From Octopus vulgaris (Eukaryota), in NCBI GenBank assembly GCA_951406725.2, contig OX597827.1, forward strand, positions 38,936,001 to 39,000,000: a stretch of 64,000 nt of DNA, in the 5' to 3' direction. The position numbers were made by a program, and so were the translations under genes. How positions within the stretch are numbered: the stretch's first letter is position 1; every line of letters starts with the position of its first letter. Positions 62,892-64,000 of the stretch are shown here, piece after piece. The notes below the pieces were generated by a model. It was not told where the DNA came from and did no database searches. It saw only the letters and a list, made by a program, of their open reading frames with translations.

Positions 62892-64000
62892 GGCTGACAC
62901 CCTCTGTTACGGGCGCTGTATAACATACATGTACACACACACACGCATACACAGAATGTACGCTGAATATCTTACTATTTCTTATACTTAGATGTGATGG
63001 AGAGGGTGACTGAATGAGATACGTATATTATACTAGTGATCGATATATTAGTATCGATGTAATCGAAATGGTGAAGGTATATGCATACGTGTGTGTGTAC
63101 ATTATATATATATATGTATGTATGTATGTATATGTGTATGTATGTATGTAAAATTTTAAAAAGTAAAAGTGAATTAAAGTTTCTTGAAAAATCAGTTTCC
63201 TAAGTCATCGAGGTTCGAACAGCGATGACGGGGGGGGGGGATACGTGTAACATCCAACAAAACAGTTAAGTAAACGTTAAGAATATTATTTGATAATTCG
63301 GTTCCGCTTAAACTAGATAAGTAAAGGTGCATGAGAAAGGTATCAACAGCACAACACGTCCATTCTAGTCCCCCAAATAAAGAAAAGCCCTTGTGAAAAA
63401 GTCAAACGGAAATATTTCTATAAAAAAAAAAGTAGCCTGAGGTCTGAAAATTTCGACGGAATTCAACGACCGAAAAAAATGGTATGACATCCGAATGGAG
63501 TAGGGACTTGGTAGTGTACTTTCCTTATTTTTTTACTAAACACACACACACAATTTATAGACTAGGGACAAAGAAAGGAATCTACATTTTCTGGGGTTAG
63601 GATTTTTTTGAGAGGGATTATGATGTTGGATGCGCCTCAAGTGTAAAGAAGCGGCTCTATCTGCGTTAAGAAACCTGGACCCACAAATGTGAGAATTACA
63701 TATTTATATGAATTTACACAATATATTACCGGTGTATGTGTTAGTATATGTACAATAATTCCATTCGTGTAGAGAGAGGGGGGGGAGATTTGTACAAATA
63801 CAAATAATTAATGTGAATATATATGTTAGAATATAAATGTATACACATATACGTACGTCAATATACAAACCTATATATATATATATATAGGTTGGTATAC
63901 TGACGTACATGTGTGTGTATATATATATATACATACATATACACAGATACTCACAAACTATGAATACATACACACACACACATAGCTATTGTTTATTTTG

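Overview
AT-rich eukaryotic genomic DNA dominated by tRNA-headed SINEs, (TA)n/(CA)n/(GAT)n microsatellites, MITEs and decayed LINE, Penelope and hAT fragments. The repeat landscape looks like an octopus (coleoid cephalopod) genome; this is inferred from the repeats and has not been checked by search. Almost all ORFs in the supplied track are microsatellite or SINE artefacts. The best coding signal is two small minus-strand exons, 16103-16195 and 10336-10446. Both have consensus splice sites, lengths divisible by 3 and an open shared phase-2 frame, and they join to give PHEMQSSQSRHVEGCSISDVSNPYQHNSDKPCCFEKSVKLKLEGVNFAPNGMPVQPIPAPLDREHGI. Phase-compatible candidates for a first exon (37549-37613, below a CCAAT/CpG promoter-like patch) and a last or alternative exon (about 2953-3095) were also found. 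I do not recognise the protein. The most interesting non-coding signals are minimal hammerhead-ribozyme-like motifs in Penelope-type remnants, an 18-nt motif shared by both exons that can pair with an intronic repeat tail with an A:C mismatch (a candidate ADAR recoding guide), several inverted repeat pairs able to form long intronic dsRNA, a nested MITE cluster, and a CpG-depleted interior bounded by CpG-richer ends. No rRNA, true tRNA or CRISPR array is supported. Repeat boundaries were read by eye and are approximate.
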